DNA from: a bacterium
Lineage (GTDB): Bacteria; Patescibacteriota; JACMRA01
DNA length: 45,329 nucleotides
Direction of reading: 5' to 3'
NCBI GenBank assembly: GCA_043778575.1
Contig: JAYWFX010000101.1
Coordinates: 1-45,329, forward strand
The notes beneath the pieces are model-generated. The model saw nothing but the letters and a program-made list of their open reading frames with translations. It was not told the DNA's origin and did not search any database. Shown in pieces: positions 1-8,473 of this stretch (position 1 is its first letter; every line of letters begins with the position of its first letter). Both the position numbers and the translations under genes were made by a program.

Positions 1-588
1 ATGAGAAGTCTTACCCAAAGGCTTTTTTCAAAGATGGTTAGTATTCGAGTTGGTCAAGAAAACATAGAAAATATAAAAAAGTTCAATGAGTTTATACTAA
101 AATATAGTGTACCAGCGATTGGTGTAGGTATTGACCCAACTGTTATTTTAGATCGTTTTCCAGATCTGTGTGATAGCGGGCAGGCACTAAACTATATAAT
201 ACAGGTGTTTGCGGAAAACTTAATTGAAACACTAGATACTGATGATATTAAAAATAAAATTAAAACAAAAACACAGCAAAATGCTAAACTTTTACTAAAT
301 TTGGCTATAAAAAGCTCGGACAACAGTGCTAAACAAACAGACCCTTCAGTTGAAATACAAAACCTATTCAACGAATTTATATCATCATGTCACCCGTATT
401 TTGTAGCTCAAAGTCCCACGCCTGATATAGAAAGAGCAAAAAAAGTGTTTATCGTACTCTGGACGAATATACAGAATCTTCCTGAATTGGCTTCGACTGA
501 TATGAGTATTTGTTTCAATATAGCTTGGATTAACTATTCTGCCAGTCGAAACAGCCAGTATACAAATATTGGTTTTACAAAGCATTAG
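1..588 (+). CDS. hypothetical protein (ORF opens at the window edge; may be 5'-partial)
   Basis: 195-codon ORF from base 1 to TAG at 586-588. I recognise no motif. Confidence 0.45.
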   Translation: MRSLTQRLFSKMVSIRVGQENIENIKKFNEFILKYSVPAIGVGIDPTVILDRFPDLCDSGQALNYIIQVFAENLIETLDTDDIKNKIKTKTQQNAKLLLNLAIKSSDNSAKQTDPSVEIQNLFNEFISSCHPYFVAQSPTPDIERAKKVFIVLWTNIQNLPELASTDMSICFNIAWINYSASRNSQYTNIGFTKH

Positions 589-775
589 ATTAAATGGATT
601 ATATTTAAACCCAAGATTGTTCGGTTTGCCAATTTCATTTTATGTCAGAGTAAAAGCCAGTACTTTTTAACAGGTCAGTTGACACTTTTTTGAAAAGAAT
701 TTTGTATTTATTTATTGTAATTTTAGTGATTATTTTGCTGAAAATGTGAAGTAAATCGCTCACACTCCCACATAT

Positions 776-2293
776 ATGAAGACTTTTGACATACAAAACA
801 AACGCCTACAAGCTAAACTCATATATGATGACACGCCAGAATCCGCTCAGCCAATTGCCTCAAAACTATCCAACGATCCAAAGAGAACAGTGATTAGTGG
901 TAGTGGTATAACCTTGTCTCGTAGGTTGATCTCTGTAGATGGGGTGCTGCGAAGTGATACAAAGTCAAAAAAGTCTGTAGAGATCAAGAGATTAGAGACA
1001 AATCAAGGTACCCAACTAACTTTACCATTTCAATCAACGGAGAGTGACGAGCTGAAATTCCCTATTCTCCAGGACGTCATACCTAAGTTTGTCAAAATAG
1101 ACACTGCTCAAAAACCAAATTTACAGGAAGCTTATAAAAGTCTTTCTTCTCACCCGTATATTCAGACAAACCAACAAAATACACCGAGTCGATACAATCA
1201 ATTTAGAAAATACTTAGGTTTGCTGACTGCTAGTTTTGGTATAGTAATCATGCTCAGTACTGGGATTGTAGCTCTAGGTTCAAAAATGACCAATAGTAGT
1301 TTTAATCTATCAAACTTTTCAACTGCCAAGGATCAAACTGTACGCAATCTTGAAGTTGCTGGAGTCACAGAGGATCGCAGTGTAGACATGCAAAAAGAAC
1401 TGTATAGAGAGTGGATATTAGCCACAAATAACGGTGTATATAGTGACCCAGACGCTGATTTAGACAAAGATGGTTTGACAAACGATGAAGAGCGAAAACT
1501 AGGTACGAATCCAATTCTTGGGAATACATGCGGGGGAGACAAAAACGATTCTGAAAAGTTGTTTTATTTGATAAATCCTGTGACCTGTAAGTCTATAGAT
1601 TTCGAGAAAGCTGATGAGGTTGCATTGTTTAATCAAGTTATCAATGTAGACAAAGTGAAAAAAGAATTTGTCGCAAACATAAACCAACAACCAGTAGCAG
1701 CTCCTAACGCCGATACCAAGATTGATGATAAAAACATACTCGGCCTCTTTGGTGTAACCACCTTTGCTGAGCTCGACAAAGTAAACCTCAATGCAGTGAA
1801 AAACGAGGCTCAAGACGTCAGTAAAAAAGCGGAACTCAAAGGACAGTACCTCAGTACTATTTCCAAAATCGATAAATATATTTCCCAGTATCGTAGCTAT
1901 GAGCCCTTTGACAGAAATTATACTCCGCCAGTACACCCAGCAAAATACCTAGAAGTATCACTCAAATACAACGTACCGCTCAAATACGTCTTGGCTGTAG
2001 CTCAGGCTGAGAGTCGTTTTGGTACAGACAGGTATACTCAAAACGGCAACCCCACTCGCATAGGAAAAAATCAAAATGTATACTCTATAGGTCTGACCGA
2101 TTCTCCTGATATAATTGACACTTCATACCCTACATGGGACGATGGGGTAGAGGGTTTTGGTAGATGGTATAAACGGTTTGCAGATAGCGGTGTCTCTGAT
2201 TGTAGAAAGTGGAAAATATTTAATCCAAACGGGGATTATTGTGCAAAGATCACTGATATGGCAAATATAGCAGAAATAGCCACAAAACCATAA
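776..2293 (+). CDS. bitopic envelope protein with a thrombospondin-type-3-like Ca-binding repeat and a C-terminal lysozyme-like (GH73/SLT-like) domain
   Basis: 505-aa ORF with one TM segment (LLTASFGIVIMLSTGIVALG) about 150 aa in. Aspartate-rich repeat DPDADLDKDGLTNDEERKLGTNP. C-terminal YVLAVAQAESRFGTD resembles the catalytic-Glu helix of muramidase/glucosaminidase folds. Confidence 0.6.
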   Translation: MKTFDIQNKRLQAKLIYDDTPESAQPIASKLSNDPKRTVISGSGITLSRRLISVDGVLRSDTKSKKSVEIKRLETNQGTQLTLPFQSTESDELKFPILQDVIPKFVKIDTAQKPNLQEAYKSLSSHPYIQTNQQNTPSRYNQFRKYLGLLTASFGIVIMLSTGIVALGSKMTNSSFNLSNFSTAKDQTVRNLEVAGVTEDRSVDMQKELYREWILATNNGVYSDPDADLDKDGLTNDEERKLGTNPILGNTCGGDKNDSEKLFYLINPVTCKSIDFEKADEVALFNQVINVDKVKKEFVANINQQPVAAPNADTKIDDKNILGLFGVTTFAELDKVNLNAVKNEAQDVSKKAELKGQYLSTISKIDKYISQYRSYEPFDRNYTPPVHPAKYLEVSLKYNVPLKYVLAVAQAESRFGTDRYTQNGNPTRIGKNQNVYSIGLTDSPDIIDTSYPTWDDGVEGFGRWYKRFADSGVSDCRKWKIFNPNGDYCAKITDMANIAEIATKP

Positions 2294-2359
2294 TGATAGT
2301 TCTCGCTCCCCAGATTTGACATATATCGGTGTGTTTGCTTTGAACAGATTGTATTTTAT

Positions 2360-3556
2360 ATGATCCGATTTTCTTCTGTACTCTTTCTTTTGATTGTGTT
2401 GTTATCAGTTTTGGCAGTGCCAGCTTTTGCTCAACCAGCTCCAGACACAGTATACATTAGTGAGGTTAGTTATGCTGGAAGTGTGGCAGATAATCAGTGT
2501 AAAAATTCTGGGACAAATGCCAGTAAATGCAGCAATGATAAGTGGTTTGAAGTCTACAATCCTAGCTCTGTAGCTGTTAATCTCCAAGGATGGAAAATTG
2601 GAATTGGTAACCGAAAAGATGGTTCTGGAAATTATGCAACTACAGCTACTATCAATCAAAATCTACAAATACTACCTCGATCACCATTGGTAATTTCTAG
2701 TAAAGATAGTGGACTCAATAGTGTGTTAGATATTTCTGGTGTTAATCATTTTGCACTCGCCTCACTGTTTGGTATGAGCAACAATACACCCAGTTTAAAA
2801 TACCTGAGGGTTGCCCTTATTTCTCCTGAAAATATTCGCTTTGAGAGATTTATTGAAAACTTAGATTTGATTGAAAAGAATAATAGTATAGATCAAACCA
2901 AAGGTAAAAAGACAACTTTAGAGTTTGATTCAGAGGGAAATCCAAGTTTTGCATCATCAGCCTTTTTTGGAAATAATTTTGGTTCCCCCGCATCAGTATT
3001 TATACCAGTATCAAAATCTGATACCATACCAGAGCCTGACGTCGTTGGGGGTCAATTGCCAGTTACTTTACCTAGCATACCAGATACTACTTTGGGTGCT
3101 GCTCAATCTCCAACAACAATGCCAGAATCAGTTGCTGACCTACAAGCAGTTCTAGAGCTAGTACCAACACCTGATCAATTGGTTCAACAACTTCCTCAGA
3201 CGCAACCTGTGGTAGTACCAAGTGTTATTCCTGAGATTACTACAAAACCTGCACTAGAGTTGCAACCCCAGTTAGAATTCCAGTCATTCTCCGAAAAGTT
3301 GCCAACCTCACCAGTCACACTGCAACCCCAAGAAAAAGTACAATCCATATCTATATTCACACCTACAAACATAGATCAAGCACAAACAAAGTCAGAGTTG
3401 ATTCCAGCTGTGTCATTTTCACAACCTGCACTTATTCACTGGTATAACGGTTTGATTGTGCAGATGAGTTTAATTTTATGTCTTGGAGTCTCGACTCTGG
3501 TTTCAGGAAATTCCTTGACAAGAAAAGCTCAAATTGAGACTATTGGGTCAGTTTAA
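2360..3556 (+). CDS. secreted lamin-tail-domain (LTD) protein with a P/Q-rich stalk and a C-terminal TM anchor
   Basis: N-terminal signal peptide (LFLLIVLLSVLAVPAFA-QP). LTD-like block YISEVSYAGS...KWFEVYNPSSVAVNLQGWKI. Long P/Q/T-rich region. Hydrophobic C-terminal segment LIVQMSLILCLGVSTLV. Confidence 0.6.
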   Translation: MIRFSSVLFLLIVLLSVLAVPAFAQPAPDTVYISEVSYAGSVADNQCKNSGTNASKCSNDKWFEVYNPSSVAVNLQGWKIGIGNRKDGSGNYATTATINQNLQILPRSPLVISSKDSGLNSVLDISGVNHFALASLFGMSNNTPSLKYLRVALISPENIRFERFIENLDLIEKNNSIDQTKGKKTTLEFDSEGNPSFASSAFFGNNFGSPASVFIPVSKSDTIPEPDVVGGQLPVTLPSIPDTTLGAAQSPTTMPESVADLQAVLELVPTPDQLVQQLPQTQPVVVPSVIPEITTKPALELQPQLEFQSFSEKLPTSPVTLQPQEKVQSISIFTPTNIDQAQTKSELIPAVSFSQPALIHWYNGLIVQMSLILCLGVSTLVSGNSLTRKAQIETIGSV

Positions 3557-3566
3557 ATAACAAATT

Positions 3567-3941
3567 ATGCTCGGTAATCTTAAAAACGCAGGGAGTACTT
3601 TGGCAAAAGCCAATGATATTAGACAACAACAAGCAAAACTTCAGAAACTTTTATCTGAAATTCGCGTAACTGGTGTCAGTAAAAACGGAAAAGTCACGGT
3701 GACAATCACAGGTGAACAAAAAATCGTAGATATTACAATCGATCCAGCTCTGATTAAATTTGTGTATGAGAACTTTATCTCAGCTGACAAACCAGATACG
3801 ATGCTTGCTAAAGCAATTATGGAAGCCGTGGACGATGCTATTAGTAAAGTCCAAGGAGAAGTAGTAAAAAAGATGCAAGAAACAGGTAGTCTAGGTGATC
3901 TTATGTCAATGCTCCAAGCTGCAAGTGGCCCACAAGCATAA
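3567..3941 (+). CDS. ybaB: YbaB/EbfC family nucleoid-associated DNA-binding protein
   Basis: 124 aa. QQQAKLQKLLSEIRVTGVSKNGKVTVTITGEQKIVDITIDPALI matches the YbaB/EbfC pattern (coiled N-terminus, then a 'G..GlV.V...G...i..i.Id' core). Confidence 0.85.
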   Translation: MLGNLKNAGSTLAKANDIRQQQAKLQKLLSEIRVTGVSKNGKVTVTITGEQKIVDITIDPALIKFVYENFISADKPDTMLAKAIMEAVDDAISKVQGEVVKKMQETGSLGDLMSMLQAASGPQA

Positions 3942-4119
3942 ACAAGACGATAAAGAAACCCTCAAAGGATTCAAGCAAAACCTTCCCGTAAAAATCTGTA
4001 TAAACTGTAAACGTCAGTTTCAATATAGAAAAAAGTGGAGGGATGTTTGGGTTTCAGTTTTATATTGTAGTCACAAATGTAAAATGCAATCAAAAAAATC
4101 TCGAAGCTCAGTAATATGA
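3895..4119 (+). CDS. DUF2256-like zinc-ribbon protein (start uncertain; in-frame GTG at 3925 is an alternative)
   Basis: ICINCKRQFQYRKKWRDVWVSVLYCSHKCK fits the C..C...F..RKKW....V.YCS..C pattern I recall for DUF2256. The ATG at 3895 overlaps the ybaB 3' end by 47 nt. The stop TGA (4117-4119) overlaps the next ATG (4116-4118). Confidence 0.55.
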   Translation: MILCQCSKLQVAHKHKQDDKETLKGFKQNLPVKICINCKRQFQYRKKWRDVWVSVLYCSHKCKMQSKKSRSSVI

Positions 4120-5381
4120 CAAAATACACACAAATTAGTCCTGCAATTCATTTGATATCTCAAAACATTGATCGCAAAAAAGTAAAAATTGACATTACAT
4201 TTACTTCTGGTGGAAGTTGGTTTGAAAATGATGGGGATTATGGTAAGCTTCATTTAGTTGAGCACTGTATTGCATCGCGAACGAAAAAGATGAGCTTTCA
4301 GCAACTCAAAGACTATGAGTTTAGGCAGAATATTTATCTCAATGCGTTTACTGGTAGGGTGACCATGGGTCTTGATGGATCAGGTCATATCAGTGATTTT
4401 GATAGCCTTTCTAGTAACTTACTGGAGATGGCCTTTGAGCCCACATTTGAACAGACAATTTTAGACAAAGAGAAGGAAATTGTACTTAGGGAAATTAGTC
4501 AGCGTCGTGGAGACCCCAGCTATCAAGTATATTTTGATACAGTAAAGCAATTATACACACCAGACTCCCTAGAAATCAAAGAACCACTGGGAGATGCCCA
4601 AATGGTAGCAACCACAACACTCGAAGATTTTTATAGGCTTCATGCCAACTCTTTGAGAAAAAGTCACGTAATCATCTGTGCTAGTGGAGACTTTGATGAA
4701 AGCCTGTTACAGGACAAAATCGCAGCTTTCTTGTCAAACAACTCTGAGTTATCATTGCATGGTGATAATCGAAATAGGGTAGATTATACACCCCAAAACA
4801 CCCTTCAACCTTTTGATTTTAGACCAATTGTTCATCCTCTAGGTCATGATCATGTTGAGCTCAGTATTTTTATTCCATGTTTAGTCAATTTTGAGAACAT
4901 ACCAATTCGGCATATATTTCGTAGTTTGTTTCTGGATCATAATGGGGTTTTATATGATCGTCTTCGTGAGGAACTGCAGTTGGTATATAGTCTGCAAAGC
5001 GAATTTTCTTTTGATACTCAGCACCTACAATTATACTTATCTTGTGAGATTAAATATGTAAAACAGATTGTTGATGAGGTAAAAAATATCTTGAGCAATT
5101 TTGATAAATACTTTAAACCAGAGCGTTTTGAGCAATTCAAAGACATGATAACCAAAAAACAGGATTTGGCAGCAGATGTTTTGGGTGCAGAGACTAGTTT
5201 TACTGAAAATATGTTATCCACATATGGCATCCCAGAACTGTATGGTTCGTATACAAAACGTCTGGAGGGTGTAGAGGTTGTTGAGATAGATAGTCTATAC
5301 CAGGAACTGTGTTTATCGCTGAATTCTCTTCAAGTATCCGCAGTGAGTAAAGATCCAAAAATACAAGAAATAGTTCTCTAG
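4116..5381 (+). CDS. M16 (pitrilysin/insulinase) family zinc metallopeptidase, catalytic motif intact
   Basis: 421 aa. HLVEH (HxxEH zinc motif) is encoded at 4251-4265. Downstream EKEIVLREI is a candidate region for the third zinc-ligand Glu. ATGA overlap with the upstream ORF. Confidence 0.8.
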   Translation: MTKYTQISPAIHLISQNIDRKKVKIDITFTSGGSWFENDGDYGKLHLVEHCIASRTKKMSFQQLKDYEFRQNIYLNAFTGRVTMGLDGSGHISDFDSLSSNLLEMAFEPTFEQTILDKEKEIVLREISQRRGDPSYQVYFDTVKQLYTPDSLEIKEPLGDAQMVATTTLEDFYRLHANSLRKSHVIICASGDFDESLLQDKIAAFLSNNSELSLHGDNRNRVDYTPQNTLQPFDFRPIVHPLGHDHVELSIFIPCLVNFENIPIRHIFRSLFLDHNGVLYDRLREELQLVYSLQSEFSFDTQHLQLYLSCEIKYVKQIVDEVKNILSNFDKYFKPERFEQFKDMITKKQDLAADVLGAETSFTENMLSTYGIPELYGSYTKRLEGVEVVEIDSLYQELCLSLNSLQVSAVSKDPKIQEIVL

Positions 5382-5425
5382 GTATTGGTTTACGACTTAA
5401 CTCTCATTTTTATGACACAAAAATA

Positions 5426-5453
5426 ACCCCAGACGAAGGGTATATTTTTATTT
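5426..5453. terminator. weak bidirectional hairpin between convergent genes
   Basis: ACCC(5426-5429)/GGGT(5438-5441) 4-bp stem with an 8-nt loop. An A-tract lies on the left and ATATTTTTATTTT on the right. It sits between the M16 stop (5381) and the HU stop (5466). Confidence 0.25.
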
Positions 5454-5465
5454 TCCAAAAGATTG

Positions 5466-5768
5466 CTATTTTGAATTTTTTACTGCTTCTTTCAAAGTTT
5501 TTCCTACCTTGAAGCCGACACTCTTTGATGCTTTGATGCTCATCTTTGCACGAGTTTTTGGATTGATACCCTGTCGAGCACTTCTGGTAACTGGTCTAAA
5601 CAACCCGAAGCCGGTGATATTGATTTCGAATCCATCTACAAGTTTATCTGTAACTGTATCGATAAAACCTACTAGAAACTTTTCTCCCTGTGACTTTGAT
5701 ACACCCATGTTTGTAGCTAATGCTTCAATGAGTTCTGTGCGGTTAATTTTTTTTGGTGCTGTAGCCAT
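5466..5768 (-). CDS. hup: HU family DNA-binding protein
   Basis: 100 aa. ELIEALA...GVSKSQGEKFL..FIDTVTDKL..G..I.ITGFG.F....R.AR.G.NP.T is the classic HU/IHF signature, including the beta-arm RxxRxGxNPxT. Confidence 0.9.
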   Translation of the reverse strand: MATAPKKINRTELIEALATNMGVSKSQGEKFLVGFIDTVTDKLVDGFEINITGFGLFRPVTRSARQGINPKTRAKMSIKASKSVGFKVGKTLKEAVKNSK

Positions 5769-5876
5769 AAATAAAACGATACAAACGTATGTATTCGAAT
5801 TGTTAAAAGCTATATAGTATAATTGTCAAGAACTTGACGAACTCGTTGTCTTGTAATCCTATAAGTACAGGTACTT

Positions 5877-5964
5877 GGAGATGTCGCATAGTGGTCTAGT
5901 GCGCCCGCCTGGAAAGCGTGTTGGGTGAAAGCCCTCGAGAGTTCGAATCTCTCCATCTCCGCCA
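5877..5964 (+). tRNA. tRNA-Ser (anticodon GGA), class II long variable arm, CCA encoded
   Basis: Hand fold: acceptor GGAGATG/CATCTCC, anticodon loop CTGGAAA, variable arm GGG-TGAAAG-CCC, T arm GAGAG-TTCGAAT-CTCTC, discriminator G plus CCA. One C:U mismatch in the anticodon stem. Confidence 0.9.
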
Positions 5965-6007
5965 TCCAATTTTTTAAAATATTTTCATACAGACTTTTTG
6001 ATAGCCC

Positions 6008-6922
6008 ATGTTGTTTCAAACCCATTTACAGGAATTAGATTTTTTACAACACCTCGGATTTACGGTTAATCCTCTCAACAGTAACGCGAATAACGTAGAT
6101 GAAATCTGGGATCAAGGTCAAAAACTCTATAAACAAAAAGATTCACTTACGTATCCAATTGACGGATTAGTGGTAAAAACAAACAATTTACAAGACGTAA
6201 AAATAGCAGGTGTAGTTGGCAAAACACCTAGAGCATGGTCGGCTGTAAAATTTGCACCGCAGGAGGTAACCACCCAAATAATCGGTGTATCTTGGCAAAT
6301 AGGTAGAACTGGAAAAGTGACGCCTGTGGCAGATTTACAACCAGTAGAGTTGTCTGGAACAACGGTAAAAAGAGCGACTCTTCATAATTTTAAAGAATTT
6401 ATAGATTCTGATTTGCATAGTGGAGATTCAGTTGTGGTGAGGAAAGCCGGTGAAATTATACCAGAGGTGATACACATCCTAACACATCTGCGAAAGGAAA
6501 ATTCAGAATCTTTCACAGCACCGCTGATTTGTCCAGAATGTTCTTCAGAACTTGAGAAAAGTATTACTGGGATCGATGTTTTTTGTTTAAATTCTCAGCG
6601 TTGCCCTATACAAATAAAAGAAAGGTTGTCGTATTTTTGTAGTAGAAACATAGGAAATATTAGCGGATTATCAGATAAACAGATCGAAAGATTTATTGAG
6701 TTATATCAGGTTTTTGATATTTATGATTTGTACACACTTCCGTTTGATAAAATTGGAGAACTGGATGGGTTTGGAGAAAAATCTGTAACAAACCTCCAAA
6801 CCTCCATACAGAACAGTAGAGAGATATCAGACTACAAGTTTTTAGCTGGTCTGTCGATAGATGGTGTGGGCCCAGAGGTAGCTAAACTCATTTGCCAAAA
6901 AATAGTTGATAAAGAATCATAA
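6008..6922 (+). CDS. ligA: NAD-dependent DNA ligase LigA fragment (possible pseudogene or split gene). It has NTase motifs IV-V, the OB fold, the Zn finger and a partial HhH region. It lacks the motif I lysine region and BRCT.
   Basis: YPIDGLVVK (motif IV), AWSAVKFAPQE (motif V), GRTGKVTPVA..LSGTTVKRATLHN (OB), GDSVVVRKAGEIIPEV, and CPECSSEL...FCLNSQRCP (Cys4). It stops within the HhH region. In-frame TAG at 6002-6004. Confidence 0.8.
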   Translation: MLFQTHLQELDFLQHLGFTVNPLNSNANNVDEIWDQGQKLYKQKDSLTYPIDGLVVKTNNLQDVKIAGVVGKTPRAWSAVKFAPQEVTTQIIGVSWQIGRTGKVTPVADLQPVELSGTTVKRATLHNFKEFIDSDLHSGDSVVVRKAGEIIPEVIHILTHLRKENSESFTAPLICPECSSELEKSITGIDVFCLNSQRCPIQIKERLSYFCSRNIGNISGLSDKQIERFIELYQVFDIYDLYTLPFDKIGELDGFGEKSVTNLQTSIQNSREISDYKFLAGLSIDGVGPEVAKLICQKIVDKES

Positions 6923-6924
6923 CA

Positions 6925-7497
6925 ATGGCTCGAAATGTAATTATTATTCATGGTGGGGATAGCTACAAAAAATATGAAGAATACTTACAAGTGCTTCAGA
7001 GTAATCCTGTCAGAATCAAAGACAATCTCAAATCTTGGAAATCTAGTTTGCAGACCCAGTTGGGTGATTCGTACAAAGTAATTGTCCCTGAATTTCCAAA
7101 TCCTCAAAACGCTCACTATACTGAGTGGCAGATAGTTTTTAATCATCTCAAGTCGTATATCGATGAGCAGACTATCTTGATAGGTCATAGTCTTGGTGGA
7201 ATGTTTTTGACTCAGTACCTCTCCCATAATTTGATGAAGATAGCACAACTTCATCTTGTTGCCTCTGGGTTGAGCTCTGAGGGTAGTTTTTTGGCACCAA
7301 GTGATTGCACTGCAATTCAACTCGGAAGTCAATCGATTCACATTTGGCATTCTGTCGATGATGAGGTTGTCCCGTTTGCTAGCTCTCTAGCTCTCAAAAA
7401 ATCAATACCTAAAGCTCATTTACATCAATTTGTAGGCAAAGGTCACTTTAATCAAACAGAGTTTCCTGAACTTATAGAAATGATTGTGCAGTGTTAA
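6925..7497 (+). CDS. small alpha/beta-fold serine hydrolase (YdeN/RBBP9-like)
   Basis: 190 aa. VIIIHGG, nucleophile elbow GHSLGG, SVDDEVVPF (Asp) and GKGHF (His). The start is 2 nt after the ligA-fragment stop. Confidence 0.7.
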   Translation: MARNVIIIHGGDSYKKYEEYLQVLQSNPVRIKDNLKSWKSSLQTQLGDSYKVIVPEFPNPQNAHYTEWQIVFNHLKSYIDEQTILIGHSLGGMFLTQYLSHNLMKIAQLHLVASGLSSEGSFLAPSDCTAIQLGSQSIHIWHSVDDEVVPFASSLALKKSIPKAHLHQFVGKGHFNQTEFPELIEMIVQC

Positions 7498-7534
7498 TGT
7501 GTTGAAAGATATTTTTATTTTTGAACACCAAAAA

Positions 7535-7552
7535 AGACGGTATTACCCGTCT
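7535..7552 (-). terminator. rho-independent terminator for the 7591-8331 gene (may also act on the plus strand)
   Basis: AGACGG(7535-7540)/CCGTCT(7547-7552) 6-bp stem with a 6-nt loop. On the minus strand it is followed directly by TTTTTT. It lies between convergent stops at 7497 and 7591. Confidence 0.55.
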
Positions 7553-7590
7553 GCGAAATTATTTTTGCTTTAGTCCCAGATATTGTTTGA

Positions 7591-8331
7591 TTAGTACCAG
7601 TTATGGCTATTCCAAAACACCCTTGCACCATTTGGGTTCCCATATCTGTTTTTGATGTAATCAATTGTCCAGTTTACTTGTACAGTTCCGTTTGTGGCAT
7701 AGTCAGCTCCGTATCCTGCCATCTTACTGCAGGGTAATGATTGACCAAGTCCACATGCTCCGCTAGATGCATTTACTGCCCTAGGGTTCCAGCCTGATTC
7801 ACGAGTGATGATAAAATCAAATGCTGACCAGTTATCGCAACCAAACACCTCACAGATTCTTGTGTAGGCATAACCTTTTAGATCTCCACTTGGTGGTATG
7901 GATATTGGAGTTATTTGGGTCGTGGCTTGCTGTGTCTGCTGCTGAGCGATGGCTTGTTGGGCTTTTGCTTGCTCAGTTTGTTGTATGCGTTGGATTTCAG
8001 CTTGTTTAGCTTTCTCCTCGGCTTGTTTTTTTTCCTCTTCAGCTTTTTGCTGTTCTTTGATTCGCTCTTGCTCTACACGCTCACGTTCGATGCGTTGTTG
8101 CTCAAGCTTTTTTTGACTAGATAAAGCTGTGGTACGATAGTAATCAAAACTAAAATTGTATGATTTGTATTTACCAGAGACTGTATTAGAAGTAAAAGAT
8201 CCTTGTGCACTAACAACTATGCCTGAAGTAAGATAGTTTAGTCTTACAGGCAGTTTACTAGTGTTAGCTAAATAGGGCAGAACGAAAAAGATCGGGAGGG
8301 ATATTAGTATAAATCGAATCCAATAGTACAT
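7591..8331 (-). CDS. secreted coiled-coil protein with a C-terminal lysozyme-like (SLT/APF-like transglycosylase) domain
   Basis: N-terminal hydrophobic signal/anchor. E/K/Q/A-rich coiled-coil region. C-terminal TRESGWNPRAVNASSGACGLGQ...YGNPNGARVFWNSHNWY resembles the E-S...N.SGA.GL.Q transglycosylase-like signature. Confidence 0.6.
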   Translation of the reverse strand: MYYWIRFILISLPIFFVLPYLANTSKLPVRLNYLTSGIVVSAQGSFTSNTVSGKYKSYNFSFDYYRTTALSSQKKLEQQRIERERVEQERIKEQQKAEEEKKQAEEKAKQAEIQRIQQTEQAKAQQAIAQQQTQQATTQITPISIPPSGDLKGYAYTRICEVFGCDNWSAFDFIITRESGWNPRAVNASSGACGLGQSLPCSKMAGYGADYATNGTVQVNWTIDYIKNRYGNPNGARVFWNSHNWY

Positions 8332-8473
8332 ATTGAGTTTCAGGAAGCGATCCTAAAACGGTTAATAGCTGTTACGCCCGCCGAGTCTAGCACACTTTTT
8401 CGTGTAGCGCAAGTTTTATTTAAAAATATTTGATTTATGATTTCAAGTTGCTCCGCAGAATTGTATCACAGGG

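Noticed and set aside
671-686. CAGGTCAG-containing stretch resembling the SRP RNA domain IV motif
   Set aside because: It is only an 8-nt resemblance. There is no complementary strand to form the conserved helix 8 and no GGAA/GNAR tetraloop context.
1499-1936. 145-aa minus-strand ORF. The same applies to 6985-7350, 41838-42188 and the other 60-120 aa antisense ORFs in the track.
   Set aside because: Each lies inside a longer sense ORF with recognisable domains. None has a motif or a plausible gene context.
5509-5817. 102-aa plus-strand ORF
   Set aside because: It is antisense to the clearly conserved HU gene.
5823-5833. The 11-mer TTGTCAAGAAC is shared with 30698-30708. Both copies lie in divergent promoter regions, and the minus strand reads GTTCTTGACAA with a TTGACA -35-like core.
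   Set aside because: Exact 11-mer matches are expected many times by chance in 45 kb of AT-rich DNA. I could not find a convincing -10 element at 16-18 nt spacing at either site.
5810-6025. 71-aa minus-strand ORF
   Set aside because: It spans the tRNA-Ser gene on the opposite strand, and the tRNA fold is far better supported.
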